From: Patescibacteria group bacterium
Lineage (GTDB): Bacteria > Patescibacteriota > Minisyncoccia > Phycocordibacterales > PALSA-1337
Direction of reading: 5' to 3'
Assembly (NCBI GenBank): GCA_040384285.1
Contig: JAZKJN010000006.1
Coordinates: forward strand, 46,709 to 110,708
DNA: 64,000 nt
Positions within the stretch are counted from its first letter, which is position 1. Every line of letters begins with the position of its first letter. Position numbers and translations under genes: made by a program. Shown here one piece after another: positions 1 to 8,418 of the stretch. The notes below the pieces were generated by a model. That model worked only from the letters and a program-made list of their open reading frames with translations. It was not told the origin of the DNA and did no database searches.

Positions 1-585
1 ATCACCACAAATCACAAGTACGGCATTCCCTGCCTTATAGGTGGCCTCCATGTGTGAAAGAATTTTTTCTCGAGTTATTTTTTGTAAATCTCTTATTTCT
101 CCAGTATTAAATTTGCCCAGACTTGAATTGGGAAAAAGTATTTTGAAGATAGCTCGCTGAGAATACTTCTCCGCATCGGCGGTAAATACGTTAATCTCTT
201 GTTCGATTATTTTTTTCTCTCTTTCTATATCAACTTCCTTCAAAAGAGGGTGCAACAAGACCTGAGAAATATAATCGAAGCCGACTTCGACATCTTCTAT
301 CATTGTTTTTGTCCAATATTCAACAGTCTCTTTTCCAGTAGCCCCATTCCTCTGCCCACCCTTTTCTTCGATAAGGCCCGATAGCTTTTGTTCACTGGGG
401 TACTTTTCTGTACCATCAAAAACTACATGCTCCAAAAAATGGGCTCCTCCTTCAGAACCCTTAACATCATAAATACTCCCTGCAATAATTCGAAAACTTA
501 AAGAGACACTCAAGCTTTGAGGTCTTTCGATAACAATCACTTGTAATCCATTACTTAACGTAAATGATGAAATTGATTGATTCAT
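1..585 (-). CDS. M16 family (insulinase/pitrilysin-like) zinc peptidase, N-terminal part. The gene runs off the window start.
   Basis: Reverse translation from the ATG at 585 gives MNQSISSFTLSNGLQVIVIERPQSLSVSLSFRIIAGSIYDVKGSEGGAHFLEHVVFDGTEKYPSE... It carries the inverted-zincin HxxEH motif (HFLEH) typical of M16 peptidases. No stop is reached before position 1. Confidence 0.7.
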   Translation of the reverse strand, partial: MNQSISSFTLSNGLQVIVIERPQSLSVSLSFRIIAGSIYDVKGSEGGAHFLEHVVFDGTEKYPSEQKLSGLIEEKGGQRNGATGKETVEYWTKTMIEDVEVGFDYISQVLLHPLLKEVDIEREKKIIEQEINVFTADAEKYSQRAIFKILFPNSSLGKFNTGEIRDLQKITREKILSHMEATYKAGNAVLVICGD

Positions 586-612
586 ATTGGATGTATAATA
601 CACTATTTTCTC

Positions 613-646
613 ATAAAAAATGGGTGTCTATTTCTAAACACCCATC
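613..646 (-). terminator. Rho-independent terminator downstream of the small-peptide operon.
   Basis: Minus strand reads atgggtgt-ttagaaatag-acacccat (8 bp stem) followed by tttttatgag. It lies between ORF-B and the M16 peptidase start. Confidence 0.5.
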
Positions 647-671
647 GTGAACACGATAACTATTGTTGAGG

Positions 672-758
672 TTAGTCCCCGGAATCCGGGCCGCTCCCGT
701 CATCGCCATCGTCGCCACAGCAGTCGCAACCGCCGTGACAAATGATTTTGTCTTGCAT
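672..758 (-). CDS. Small Cys/Asp/Gly-rich peptide (28 aa), ORF-B.
   Basis: ATG at 758 is preceded by AAGGAGA with a 6 nt spacer. Translation is MQDKIICHGGCDCCGDDGDDGSGPDSGD*. It is below the ORF-track size cutoff. It sits in a GC-rich block that contrasts with the AT-rich genome. Confidence 0.4.
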   Translation of the reverse strand: MQDKIICHGGCDCCGDDGDDGSGPDSGD

Positions 759-920
759 ATAAGTCTCCTTGTGTGCAAAGTTCTGGTCGTATCGAGCTAT
801 CCGGCACATACCGGTAGTTCTCCCCATTTTAGGGTTAAGTATTGGCAGGCCTAGTCTTGCAGATCGACCCCTGAACCAGAAGGACCAGTACTGTCGGTGT
901 GGTTGCGGGAAGAATTTTGA

Positions 921-1046
921 TTATTCACCATTCTCTCCTTCGCACGAACCTCCGCGACCGCCGTCATCTTCTCGGCACCGGACAAATCTCAGTGTACCAT
1001 CCCACTCCCCATCGACCTCGCCCTCAGGACTTTTACGAGTTTTCAT
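921..1046 (-). CDS. Small acidic Gly-rich peptide (41 aa), ORF-A.
   Basis: ATG at 1046 is preceded by AAGGAGG with a 6 nt spacer. Translation is MKTRKSPEGEVDGEWDGTLRFVRCREDDGGRGGSCEGENGE*. It is co-oriented with ORF-B and the M16 peptidase. Confidence 0.4.
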   Translation of the reverse strand: MKTRKSPEGEVDGEWDGTLRFVRCREDDGGRGGSCEGENGE

Positions 1047-1126
1047 GCTCGCCTCCTTGTGCTCGACGCTTTACCCGACTAAAGTGTGCACACCCATGCC
1101 TACTCTGGGTATCGCTATCTATACAT

Positions 1127-1154
1127 AGCATATACTTATAAATAGCAAAGTCAA
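1127..1154 (-). promoter_or_regulatory. Putative sigma70-type promoter for the small-peptide transcription unit.
   Basis: Minus strand reads TTGACT, 16 nt, TATGCT, about 70 nt upstream of ORF-A. Confidence 0.3.
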
Positions 1155-1281
1155 TGCGCTAACTGTGGATATCTTTTCTAATTCAAAATCTTGATTCCCA
1201 AAACTAAAATACCCATAAGTATGAGGGCGAAAGATGTAAGTAATCCAAGTGAGGCCTCATGCATAATTATCAAATTATAAC

Positions 1282-1310
1282 ATTGAAAAGTGCTCTCAAA
1301 CAGGCTATGA
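1282..1310 (+). promoter_or_regulatory. Putative promoter of the yqeY-like gene.
   Basis: TTGAAA (1282-1287), 17 nt, TATGAT (1305-1310). The ATG follows at 1318. Confidence 0.4.
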
Positions 1311-1317
1311 TGGAGCA

Positions 1318-1776
1318 ATGACAACAACAATCCACGAAACTATTAAAAGCCAGATTACCGATGCTATGCGCGCAAAGGACGCTTTGAAACTCGAAACTTT
1401 GCGAGGTCTCCAAGCTCTCTTTTCAAACGAGCTCATTGCCCAAAAAAGCTCAGCTCCCCTGCTTGCCGATGACTCTGTACTTTCAATTATCAAAAAGAGT
1501 GTAAAGCAAAGAAAAGATTCTATTGAACAATTTGAAAAAGGTGGACGAAGCGATCTTGCTGACAAAGAAAAGGCAGAATTAGTAATCCTTGAAGCCTACC
1601 TTCCCGCTATGATGTCTCGTGAAGAGATCAAAAAAGTAATCGATGCAAAGATCGCCTCTGGTGCCGTACTCGACAAGACAAAGTCAGGACAATTTATCGG
1701 CATGCTTTTGAAGGAACTTAAAGGAAAAGCTGATGGAGGAGATGTGAAGGCGGTAGTTGACAGCATGCTTGTTTAG
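1318..1776 (+). CDS. yqeY: GatB/YqeY domain protein.
   Basis: 152 aa. The sequence MTTTIHETIKSQITDAMRAKDALKLETLRGLQALFSNELIAQK...EAYLPAMMSREEIKKVIDAKIA is typical of the YqeY/GatB_Yqey family. Confidence 0.75.
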   Translation: MTTTIHETIKSQITDAMRAKDALKLETLRGLQALFSNELIAQKSSAPLLADDSVLSIIKKSVKQRKDSIEQFEKGGRSDLADKEKAELVILEAYLPAMMSREEIKKVIDAKIASGAVLDKTKSGQFIGMLLKELKGKADGGDVKAVVDSMLV

Positions 1777-1826
1777 TGGTATACTTACCAACAGTAGTCA
1801 ACCGCAACACTTAACAAAGGAAAATC

Positions 1827-2054
1827 ATGAGTTCCCTTTTCTCCCACTGGCGAGAACAAGTACAACTTGCACATCGTCTCGTTGACGCAGCGCCCGCCCC
1901 AGAACTACCAAAAACGGATGCCCTCTGTCAGGCGATCTGGAAAGGAGGAGTATCTCTCACTCCTGAACAAAGAGCTGAAATCGAAGAAATAACGAAACAT
2001 CAGCGCCGAGTGCACCGAGAGAAAGTTGCCTATCTTCTGGCAACTCAAGACTAA
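1827..2054 (+). CDS. Hypothetical small protein.
   Basis: 75 aa ORF. AAGGAAA lies upstream of the ATG. No recognisable domain. Confidence 0.4.
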   Translation: MSSLFSHWREQVQLAHRLVDAAPAPELPKTDALCQAIWKGGVSLTPEQRAEIEEITKHQRRVHREKVAYLLATQD

Positions 2055-2136
2055 GAAGATGTCTCATCAGGAAGCCCTCTCGAACACAATCGGGGGGCTT
2101 TTCTTTTATAAAATTGTATTGTACAGTGTGGAAAGT

Positions 2137-2361
2137 ATGAAAAAAGGAATGTTTCCGAAAACAGCCGAGAAGCTTCACGACAAGCGTAAAGCCGAAGCTC
2201 AACAGAGAACATTCATCGATAGACTTGTCGATGAGAAAGTTGGAGAACTCATAGTCACACGACACCCACGCACCTACGTGCACCATCCTCCCCACTTTGG
2301 TGGAGTCGAAACACTCCCCGAAATTCAGGCAAAATACAACACATCAGACCGAAAGGTCTAG
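2137..2361 (+). CDS. Hypothetical protein. An alternative start is at 2026.
   Basis: ORF 2026..2361. The internal start MKKGMFPKTAEKLHDKRKAEAQQRTFIDRLVDEKVGELIVTRHPRTYVHH is preferred because it avoids overlap with the previous ORF. Confidence 0.35.
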   Translation: MKKGMFPKTAEKLHDKRKAEAQQRTFIDRLVDEKVGELIVTRHPRTYVHHPPHFGGVETLPEIQAKYNTSDRKV

Positions 2362-2371
2362 GTGTTTTTTT
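2346..2371 (+). terminator. Intrinsic terminator.
   Basis: agacc-gaaa-ggtct followed by a T7 tract, overlapping the stop codon of the 2026..2361 gene. Confidence 0.5.
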
Positions 2372-2384
2372 ATTACAAAATTCC

Positions 2385-2528
2385 CTACGCTGTGAGTGCT
2401 TGGAAAACTTCCCAGATCGCAAAACCCGTGAGAAATATTGCCGCCGGATACATTCCCCAACCGACGTAGATGATAAAGCCCACGATGACGGCGATCCCCA
2501 CACGGTGATGTAATTCAAGTTCAGGCAT
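2385..2528 (-). CDS. Possible small hydrophobic membrane peptide (47 aa).
   Basis: The ATG lies 2 nt after the histidine kinase stop codon. Translation is MPELELHHRVGIAVIVGFIIYVGWGMYPAAIFLTGFAIWEVFQALTA*. There is no clear SD, so this is speculative. Confidence 0.25.
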   Translation of the reverse strand: MPELELHHRVGIAVIVGFIIYVGWGMYPAAIFLTGFAIWEVFQALTA

Positions 2529-2530
2529 AG

Positions 2531-4129
2531 CTATATCGCAGTATCAATCTCCATAAAGAAGGTCGATCCCTTACCTTCCCCTTTTGATTCTGCCCAGACA
2601 CGTCCCTTGTGTGAGGTGACAATTTCCTTTACCACAAAGAGTCCGAGTCCCGTACCGTAGATATTCTGCTTGTTGGCATTATTTGCACGGACAAACTTTG
2701 CAAAAAGCTTTGGCATCACTTCAGGCGACACTCCCACACCGGTATCTTTAACAGAGAAAATAATCTTGTGGAGCTCTGCGTTTTTAGTAAGCGCCACCTC
2801 GATACTTCCTGATGGAGTGTATTTGAGAGAGTTGTCGATGAGATTTGCGATCACCTGCTTGAGCTTGTCGCGGTCTGCCTTTACATCAAAGTGTTCGTTC
2901 TCTCCCGATGGAACTGTCATAAAAGAGAACTTTAGTCCTGTCTTTTCAATATTTGGCTTGAGCTCAGCAATCACATCTTTTACCATGGCACGTAGATCAA
3001 GCACGGTAAATGAGTACACCATCGTACCGAGCTCGATGCGAGAAATGTTCAAATAGTCGTCCACAATGTTTGCAAGAGTTTTTGATGAGTCGTAAATACG
3101 TGTCACCGCCTCCTTCATCGTAGGCACAAGCTTGCCCATCTCACCTTCCAAGATGAGCGATGAATATCCCTTCATGGCAGTCAGAGGCGCACGAAGCTGA
3201 TGCGTCGCAAAGGAGACGAATTCAGATTTCTGCTTATCCAGCTCCTTTAGACGAGTGTTCGCGTCAGTCAGATCCTTTGCAAGCTTTTCAATATGTTCGC
3301 GTTGGTTAACTTCTTTGATGACGGAACGGATGAGAAAGAGACTAAAGATGGCCATGAGAACCAAAATTAAAAAATTTAATAGCCAATCAATTAGTTCTGA
3401 GGATTTTAATAGATTAAATAATGAAATAAGAACAAGAGCGGTTGAAAATATTTGAGCAGATACCACTTTAACGTTAAGCATCTTATACTTCAAGACCCCG
3501 TAAACCATGAATACTATGTAAAAAATAACCAGATAATTTCCAAAAGGATAAACACTAAATAATTGTGGGAAAAAATTTGTGACGCCCCCAAAATAAGCGA
3601 AGGTAGAAGCTATAAGAATATTTCTTACCTGGAACCGCACCAAACTTCCCCTTGGAGCTTTTATATATTGTTGAACCAACAACCCAAGAGTCATTACGGC
3701 AAAAATTACAAAGTAAATAGGAAAAATAATATAATAATTACCAGGATTCACCCAGTAAAAATCATACAGCATTTTCATGCCGTCTTTAAATAGATGACTG
3801 AAACTAAAAATAGAGAGTAGTAGTGCTGCTATAAACGAAAAGTACCTTGTTTTCATGCCACGCAAATGCAAGAGTTCAAGAATAAGTAGAAGAGATAGGG
3901 GAGGCAAAAAGATAGCAGCAATATCAAGAAGATACTGCCACAATAATGCAGTTTCAATATTAGATGACAATGTAACTCCGGCCAAACCAAGCGACCAGAG
4001 AGAGAAGGAAATCGATGAAAAAAACCAAGCACGATTAATTTTGTTTTTTCTATCAGACCTATAAACAATCAGCCCGAAAATTATACTACTAAAGCACAAT
4101 ATTAGACTTGAAACGCTGAAAAGATTCAT
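2531..4129 (-). CDS. Sensor histidine kinase (7TM N-terminal region, HisKA, HATPase_c).
   Basis: 532 aa. The N-terminus is multi-pass and hydrophobic. The H-box is FATHQLRAPLTAMKGY. A C-terminal ATPase region is present (GTGLGLFVVKEIV...GSTFFMEI). Confidence 0.85.
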   Translation of the reverse strand: MNLFSVSSLILCFSSIIFGLIVYRSDRKNKINRAWFFSSISFSLWSLGLAGVTLSSNIETALLWQYLLDIAAIFLPPLSLLLILELLHLRGMKTRYFSFIAALLLSIFSFSHLFKDGMKMLYDFYWVNPGNYYIIFPIYFVIFAVMTLGLLVQQYIKAPRGSLVRFQVRNILIASTFAYFGGVTNFFPQLFSVYPFGNYLVIFYIVFMVYGVLKYKMLNVKVVSAQIFSTALVLISLFNLLKSSELIDWLLNFLILVLMAIFSLFLIRSVIKEVNQREHIEKLAKDLTDANTRLKELDKQKSEFVSFATHQLRAPLTAMKGYSSLILEGEMGKLVPTMKEAVTRIYDSSKTLANIVDDYLNISRIELGTMVYSFTVLDLRAMVKDVIAELKPNIEKTGLKFSFMTVPSGENEHFDVKADRDKLKQVIANLIDNSLKYTPSGSIEVALTKNAELHKIIFSVKDTGVGVSPEVMPKLFAKFVRANNANKQNIYGTGLGLFVVKEIVTSHKGRVWAESKGEGKGSTFFMEIDTAI

Positions 4130-4799
4130 CGTTGTCTAAGTATAGCACGGACCATTTTTTTGCCTGAGCATATTTCCACAGTTCAGAAGAAGGATTGACA
4201 GCTACCGGATTTTTGGCAATCGAAAACAGATTCACGTCTGAATAATGATCAGCAAAAACTGAAAGACTTTCTTTAGAAGCTCCAGAAGTCTTGATGTATT
4301 CTTCCACTACATGCGTCTTTTTTTCACCAAACACTGGTTCCCCCAAGATTTTTCCTGTGTAAATTCCATTATTTACTTCGAGTCGCGTCGAAATTACATC
4401 ATCAATTCCCAAGTATTGCTTTGCTCGGAAAGTAATTGGATAAATAGCGGTTGAGACAAGTATGGTATGGAAATTATTCTTCTTTAAAAAATCTATCAAT
4501 TCTTTACTATTTTTATAAATTAGTGGCACACACCGTGAGGCAAAAAAAGTATCGAAAGCATCTTCCATTTCTGAGACTTTTTTATCTTTTATACACGATG
4601 TTGCAAAATTAAATACAGTTTTTAAACTTAAAAATAAATTCATTTTAAACAACAGAAACCATCCCAAAAGAGCACTGTATCTGGCTAAACTCATATATTT
4701 CCGTCTGAAGAAGAAAGCGATAAGCAATTTTTGACTCTGTCCTTGAATAAGAGTCCCATCAAAATCTAGAATTGCGAGTCTGGTATTTTTAGTGTTCAT
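4089..4799 (-). CDS. HAD-superfamily hydrolase (HAD-IB/phosphoserine-phosphatase-like).
   Basis: Motif I is LAILDFDGTLI. Size is 236 aa. Confidence 0.65.
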   Translation of the reverse strand: MNTKNTRLAILDFDGTLIQGQSQKLLIAFFFRRKYMSLARYSALLGWFLLFKMNLFLSLKTVFNFATSCIKDKKVSEMEDAFDTFFASRCVPLIYKNSKELIDFLKKNNFHTILVSTAIYPITFRAKQYLGIDDVISTRLEVNNGIYTGKILGEPVFGEKKTHVVEEYIKTSGASKESLSVFADHYSDVNLFSIAKNPVAVNPSSELWKYAQAKKWSVLYLDNDESFQRFKSNIVL

Positions 4800-5535
4800 G
4801 AGAATATCTTTTTCCAGACAAAAGACTGATTTCTTGCATGACCTTATGGGTAACAGCCTTATAATCGAGATGAGTTAAATCATTGCGTTGATGATATTCT
4901 GAAAAATAAATTGGTTCTCCTATGTGGATTTCAATATTTTTCAAAAATTTTGGTTTTTTATCGTGTACCGACATAACAGGAAAAGCACCTTTTATTCCCA
5001 CGGGAACTATCGGAACCTTCTTGAACAAACCATATTGGGCCACACCAGTAAAAGCCTTCAACATATCATTCTCATGGGGAGAGCGAGTTCCTTCAGGAAA
5101 AAGTCCAATGACGCGACGATCATCAAGATGACTGTGGACCACTGCATGTAACTCGCTTTTATCGTCAGCCCTCCTATCTACCCTTATCTGCCGTGTAGTT
5201 TTCATTAAGTGCTTCCAAAGCCAATGATTGAAAAATTTTTCAGCTGCGAGAAAATGAATGTTACGGGGGCTAATGGCTGCAAGGCACAGGAAATCAAAAT
5301 AGCTTTGATGATTCATTGCCAAAATTACCCCTCCCGTTGATGGAATATTATCTAGACCGGTCACCTTTTTAATCCAAATCATAGAGATAATTGGTCCTAA
5401 AATTTTTCTTAAGACATAATGAGTCATGTCTAACAGATTATCCTTTATTTTGATTATATGAAAAAAAATTGAGCTTCCTTCATTAAGACCTTTCTCTGAT
5501 AAGAATTTATTTTCCCTCAATTTGTGAGTATCCAT
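4789..5535 (-). CDS. plsC: 1-acyl-sn-glycerol-3-phosphate acyltransferase (PlsC family).
   Basis: NHQSYFDF (HX4D-like) and FPEGTRS motifs. Confidence 0.7.
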   Translation of the reverse strand: MDTHKLRENKFLSEKGLNEGSSIFFHIIKIKDNLLDMTHYVLRKILGPIISMIWIKKVTGLDNIPSTGGVILAMNHQSYFDFLCLAAISPRNIHFLAAEKFFNHWLWKHLMKTTRQIRVDRRADDKSELHAVVHSHLDDRRVIGLFPEGTRSPHENDMLKAFTGVAQYGLFKKVPIVPVGIKGAFPVMSVHDKKPKFLKNIEIHIGEPIYFSEYHQRNDLTHLDYKAVTHKVMQEISLLSGKRYSHEH

Positions 5536-5536
5536 C

Positions 5537-6283
5537 TTAGTTTTTATATAAATCAGAAATAGCGTTTTGGAATCCGTGAGTTATGGTCTGAGGAGACAAA
5601 AGAGAACTTACCTTAATGGGTTTACCTATATTTATAGTAAATTTATCTTTTCCCCTTATATTTTCTTCTATTTTCATGGAAATAGGTATTACTGGAACTT
5701 GGGTCTTTTGAGCCAAGAAAGCAGCACCTAGCTTAAATTTTTCTATTTGCCCAGACTTTGTGATACTACCTTCAGGATAGATAACTACATTCCCACCGTT
5801 TCCTATTATTCTTACGGCTTCACGTAAATTTTTTTCTATCCCCCGACCCTCCTCAACAACAAAAACCCCAAAGATGACATAGAGTATGTCGATAATGAAA
5901 AGTCCAGACAGAACATTTAGGTACCAAATATCAAATTTATTTACAGCCATAAATCTTAGTGGCAACTTTCCACTTGCTCTTCCCAATATGAGCCTGAAGG
6001 CAAAACTGTCATATTCAGAAATATGATTAGAAATAATTATAAAGGGTGAAGAAGTTACCATTAAATTTTCTCGTCCCTTTATCTCTAATTTGAAAAATAA
6101 ACGAAAAAAAATAAAAACAAAAGGCCATGACAAAAATTGAGTGGTTCGTGCAAAATACTTCAGTAGGGTGTAGTAAATTTCAGGCTTCGTATTTTCTTCG
6201 TGGGCAATATCTAGTAATGCTTGAACGTTCATGGTGGTATATACCATGAATTGTAACACACCCCATTCTCCTACAGTATCCAC
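5537..6283 (-). CDS. Second PlsC-family acyltransferase, in tandem with the first.
   Basis: SNHISEYDSF and IYPEGSITKSG motifs. 248 aa. Confidence 0.65.
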   Translation of the reverse strand: MDTVGEWGVLQFMVYTTMNVQALLDIAHEENTKPEIYYTLLKYFARTTQFLSWPFVFIFFRLFFKLEIKGRENLMVTSSPFIIISNHISEYDSFAFRLILGRASGKLPLRFMAVNKFDIWYLNVLSGLFIIDILYVIFGVFVVEEGRGIEKNLREAVRIIGNGGNVVIYPEGSITKSGQIEKFKLGAAFLAQKTQVPVIPISMKIEENIRGKDKFTINIGKPIKVSSLLSPQTITHGFQNAISDLYKN

Positions 6284-6296
6284 ATAAGTACTAAAA

Positions 6297-7538
6297 GTGT
6301 ATAATTTATATCACATGGGATCAGAAATACATGCCTTAATGGATTTAGCTGTGGGGTTAATTACGGCGGCACTAGGAATTGGCATATATGTTCTAGCAAA
6401 AGAATCTAGATCCGCAAAATTATTCTCATTAATATGCTTTTCTGTTTCTATTTGGAGTCTATTTGTATCGATAAACACTTTCCCTTTATTTACAGAATCA
6501 ACGGCCTTTACATTTAAATTTAGTTATTTTCTTGCAGCAACCCTTGGAACACAATTTGTAATATTCTCAATACTATACCCTCGAGATCAGAAAGTGGGTT
6601 CTAGGATTGTTTATGGAGTAATTCTGATTGAAATTATTTTATTATATTTAATTTCTTTTACAGACTTGATAATCTCTCAACCAACCATCTCCTTGGAAGG
6701 TAATCATGTGGGTTGGGGGTATGGTCCGCTGTGGTTTATATTCGATGTTTATTTTTCTGGTTGTTGGCTCTATGGAATTTATAATTTATACAAAAAAATA
6801 GGACAGGATGAAGAAAAGTTTTCTCGAAGAAACCTGCAATTTATGTTACTCGCATTCATTGTAGGACTCATACCGCCTAGTATTACTGGAATTATATTGC
6901 CTCGAATCGGAATTTTTGAATACAATTGGTCAAATCCCCTTTCAAGTTTGCTTTGGATCTCCATCATCGCCTACTCGATCATACGCTACCATCTCTTTAG
7001 CATCAAATTGATCGCCATCCAACTGGTCACCTTCTCCTTCTGGATATTCATGCTCATTCGCATTTTCTTTGCCGCAAACCGACAGGAGCTTTTCATTGAA
7101 GTCGGTATCCTCTCCATTTCAGTGATTCTTGGTATCACTCTCATTAGAAGTGTTTTGCATGAGATCAAGCAGAGGGAGCGTATTGAAGGCCTGGTAAAGG
7201 ATCTCAAAGGTGCATATGCAAACGTCAAAGACCTCAATGATCATCTTGAGCAGAAAGTGGAGGCGCAGACACGAGAAGTACGTGCTTCATACGAAGTGGA
7301 AAAGAGAGCTCGGCAGGAGCTTTTGAAACTCAATGAGACGAAGAATCACTTCATCGGCATGGCACAGCATCAGCTTCGTACTCCGGTGACTGGTGTGAAG
7401 TGGCAGTTGGAGGCGATATTGGGGGATCTTTCTCGAAAAGATAATGAGGAAATACGAGAAGAACTCGAGGCGCTAGCTGGTTCAGTAAAAATACTCACAA
7501 CTACTATAAATAAAGTAACTGATATTGCTGAAGAATAA
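6297..7538 (+). CDS. Histidine-kinase-like protein lacking the catalytic ATPase domain (7TM N-terminal region plus HisKA only).
   Basis: 413 aa. The N-terminal membrane region is similar to that of the 2531..4129 kinase. The H-box is MAQHQLRTPVTGV. The ORF ends about 70 aa after the H-box and no HATPase_c motifs are present. Confidence 0.6.
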   Translation: MYNLYHMGSEIHALMDLAVGLITAALGIGIYVLAKESRSAKLFSLICFSVSIWSLFVSINTFPLFTESTAFTFKFSYFLAATLGTQFVIFSILYPRDQKVGSRIVYGVILIEIILLYLISFTDLIISQPTISLEGNHVGWGYGPLWFIFDVYFSGCWLYGIYNLYKKIGQDEEKFSRRNLQFMLLAFIVGLIPPSITGIILPRIGIFEYNWSNPLSSLLWISIIAYSIIRYHLFSIKLIAIQLVTFSFWIFMLIRIFFAANRQELFIEVGILSISVILGITLIRSVLHEIKQRERIEGLVKDLKGAYANVKDLNDHLEQKVEAQTREVRASYEVEKRARQELLKLNETKNHFIGMAQHQLRTPVTGVKWQLEAILGDLSRKDNEEIREELEALAGSVKILTTTINKVTDIAEE

Positions 7539-7551
7539 ATTCTAGATGGAA

Positions 7552-8400
7552 CTACCCATTCTTCATCCCCAAAGCCTCCCTTGCGATAGCGATCTCTTCT
7601 GGAGTTGTCGGCGGTTTTCCATGCCATTCAAATTTACGCTCAAAAGTGGGAATTCCTTTTGAAGAAATAGTGTTCGCAATGATAACTGACGGCTTGTCGA
7701 AAACAGCGAGTGCCTGTGTATAGGCCTGGTCAATTGCCTGGAAGCTGTGCCCATCGATCTCCTGTACATGCCAGTTAAACGCTTTCCATTTATCACCCAA
7801 TGGATCAAGAGGCATGATATCCTCAGTAAATCCATCGATCTGGATGTTGTTTCGATCGACAAAGACGGTTACATTTTGAAGTTTCTCTTTTCCCGCAAGC
7901 ATAATTGCTTCCCAGTTCTGTCCTTCATCAAGTTCTCCATCGCCAGTGAGACAAATAAATTGTTTTCCTGAGGTGCGACCAAAATCAATACGATCTGCAA
8001 TCGCCATTCCCACAAGCTGTGAGAGTCCTGAGCCCAGTGGACCTGAAGAATTTTCAAGAGCCGGTAGAAATTCTCGATGAGGATGGCCTTGGAGTTTTGA
8101 CCCGAACTTTCGCAGAGTTTTTAACTCTGACAAAGGGAAATATCCTGCATGACCCATGGTTGCGTAGAGCACAGGACAGATATGTCCATTTGAAAGTACG
8201 AGACGATCACGATATGGCCAGTCAGGCTTCTTTGGATCATGTTTCATCCCATGGAAATACAGGTAGGTAAAAATATCCGCCATGCCGAGAGGTCCGGCAG
8301 TGTGTCCGCTTTTTGCCTCAATCAACATTTCGATGATTGATTGCCTGATAGCGTAGGCTTTTTCAAAAAGAAGTTGTGATTTCTCTGGGGTAAGTGCCAT
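7552..8400 (-). CDS. tkt: Transketolase, N-terminal subunit (split transketolase).
   Basis: The sequence HTAGPLGMADIF...SNGHICPVLYATMGHAGYF...GSGLSQLVGMA...LTGDGELDEGQNWEA is typical of a TPP-binding N-terminal transketolase section. It is only 282 aa. Confidence 0.85.
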   Translation of the reverse strand: MALTPEKSQLLFEKAYAIRQSIIEMLIEAKSGHTAGPLGMADIFTYLYFHGMKHDPKKPDWPYRDRLVLSNGHICPVLYATMGHAGYFPLSELKTLRKFGSKLQGHPHREFLPALENSSGPLGSGLSQLVGMAIADRIDFGRTSGKQFICLTGDGELDEGQNWEAIMLAGKEKLQNVTVFVDRNNIQIDGFTEDIMPLDPLGDKWKAFNWHVQEIDGHSFQAIDQAYTQALAVFDKPSVIIANTISSKGIPTFERKFEWHGKPPTTPEEIAIAREALGMKNG

Positions 8401-8418
8401 TACCTACATATTGTAACA

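Noticed and set aside
769-1141. Plus-strand ORFs 769..1128 and 899..1141 (Pro/Ser/Arg-rich).
   Set aside because: Low-complexity translations of a GC-rich block. No RBS. The minus-strand small ORFs with perfect SDs, plus the promoter and terminator, explain the region better.
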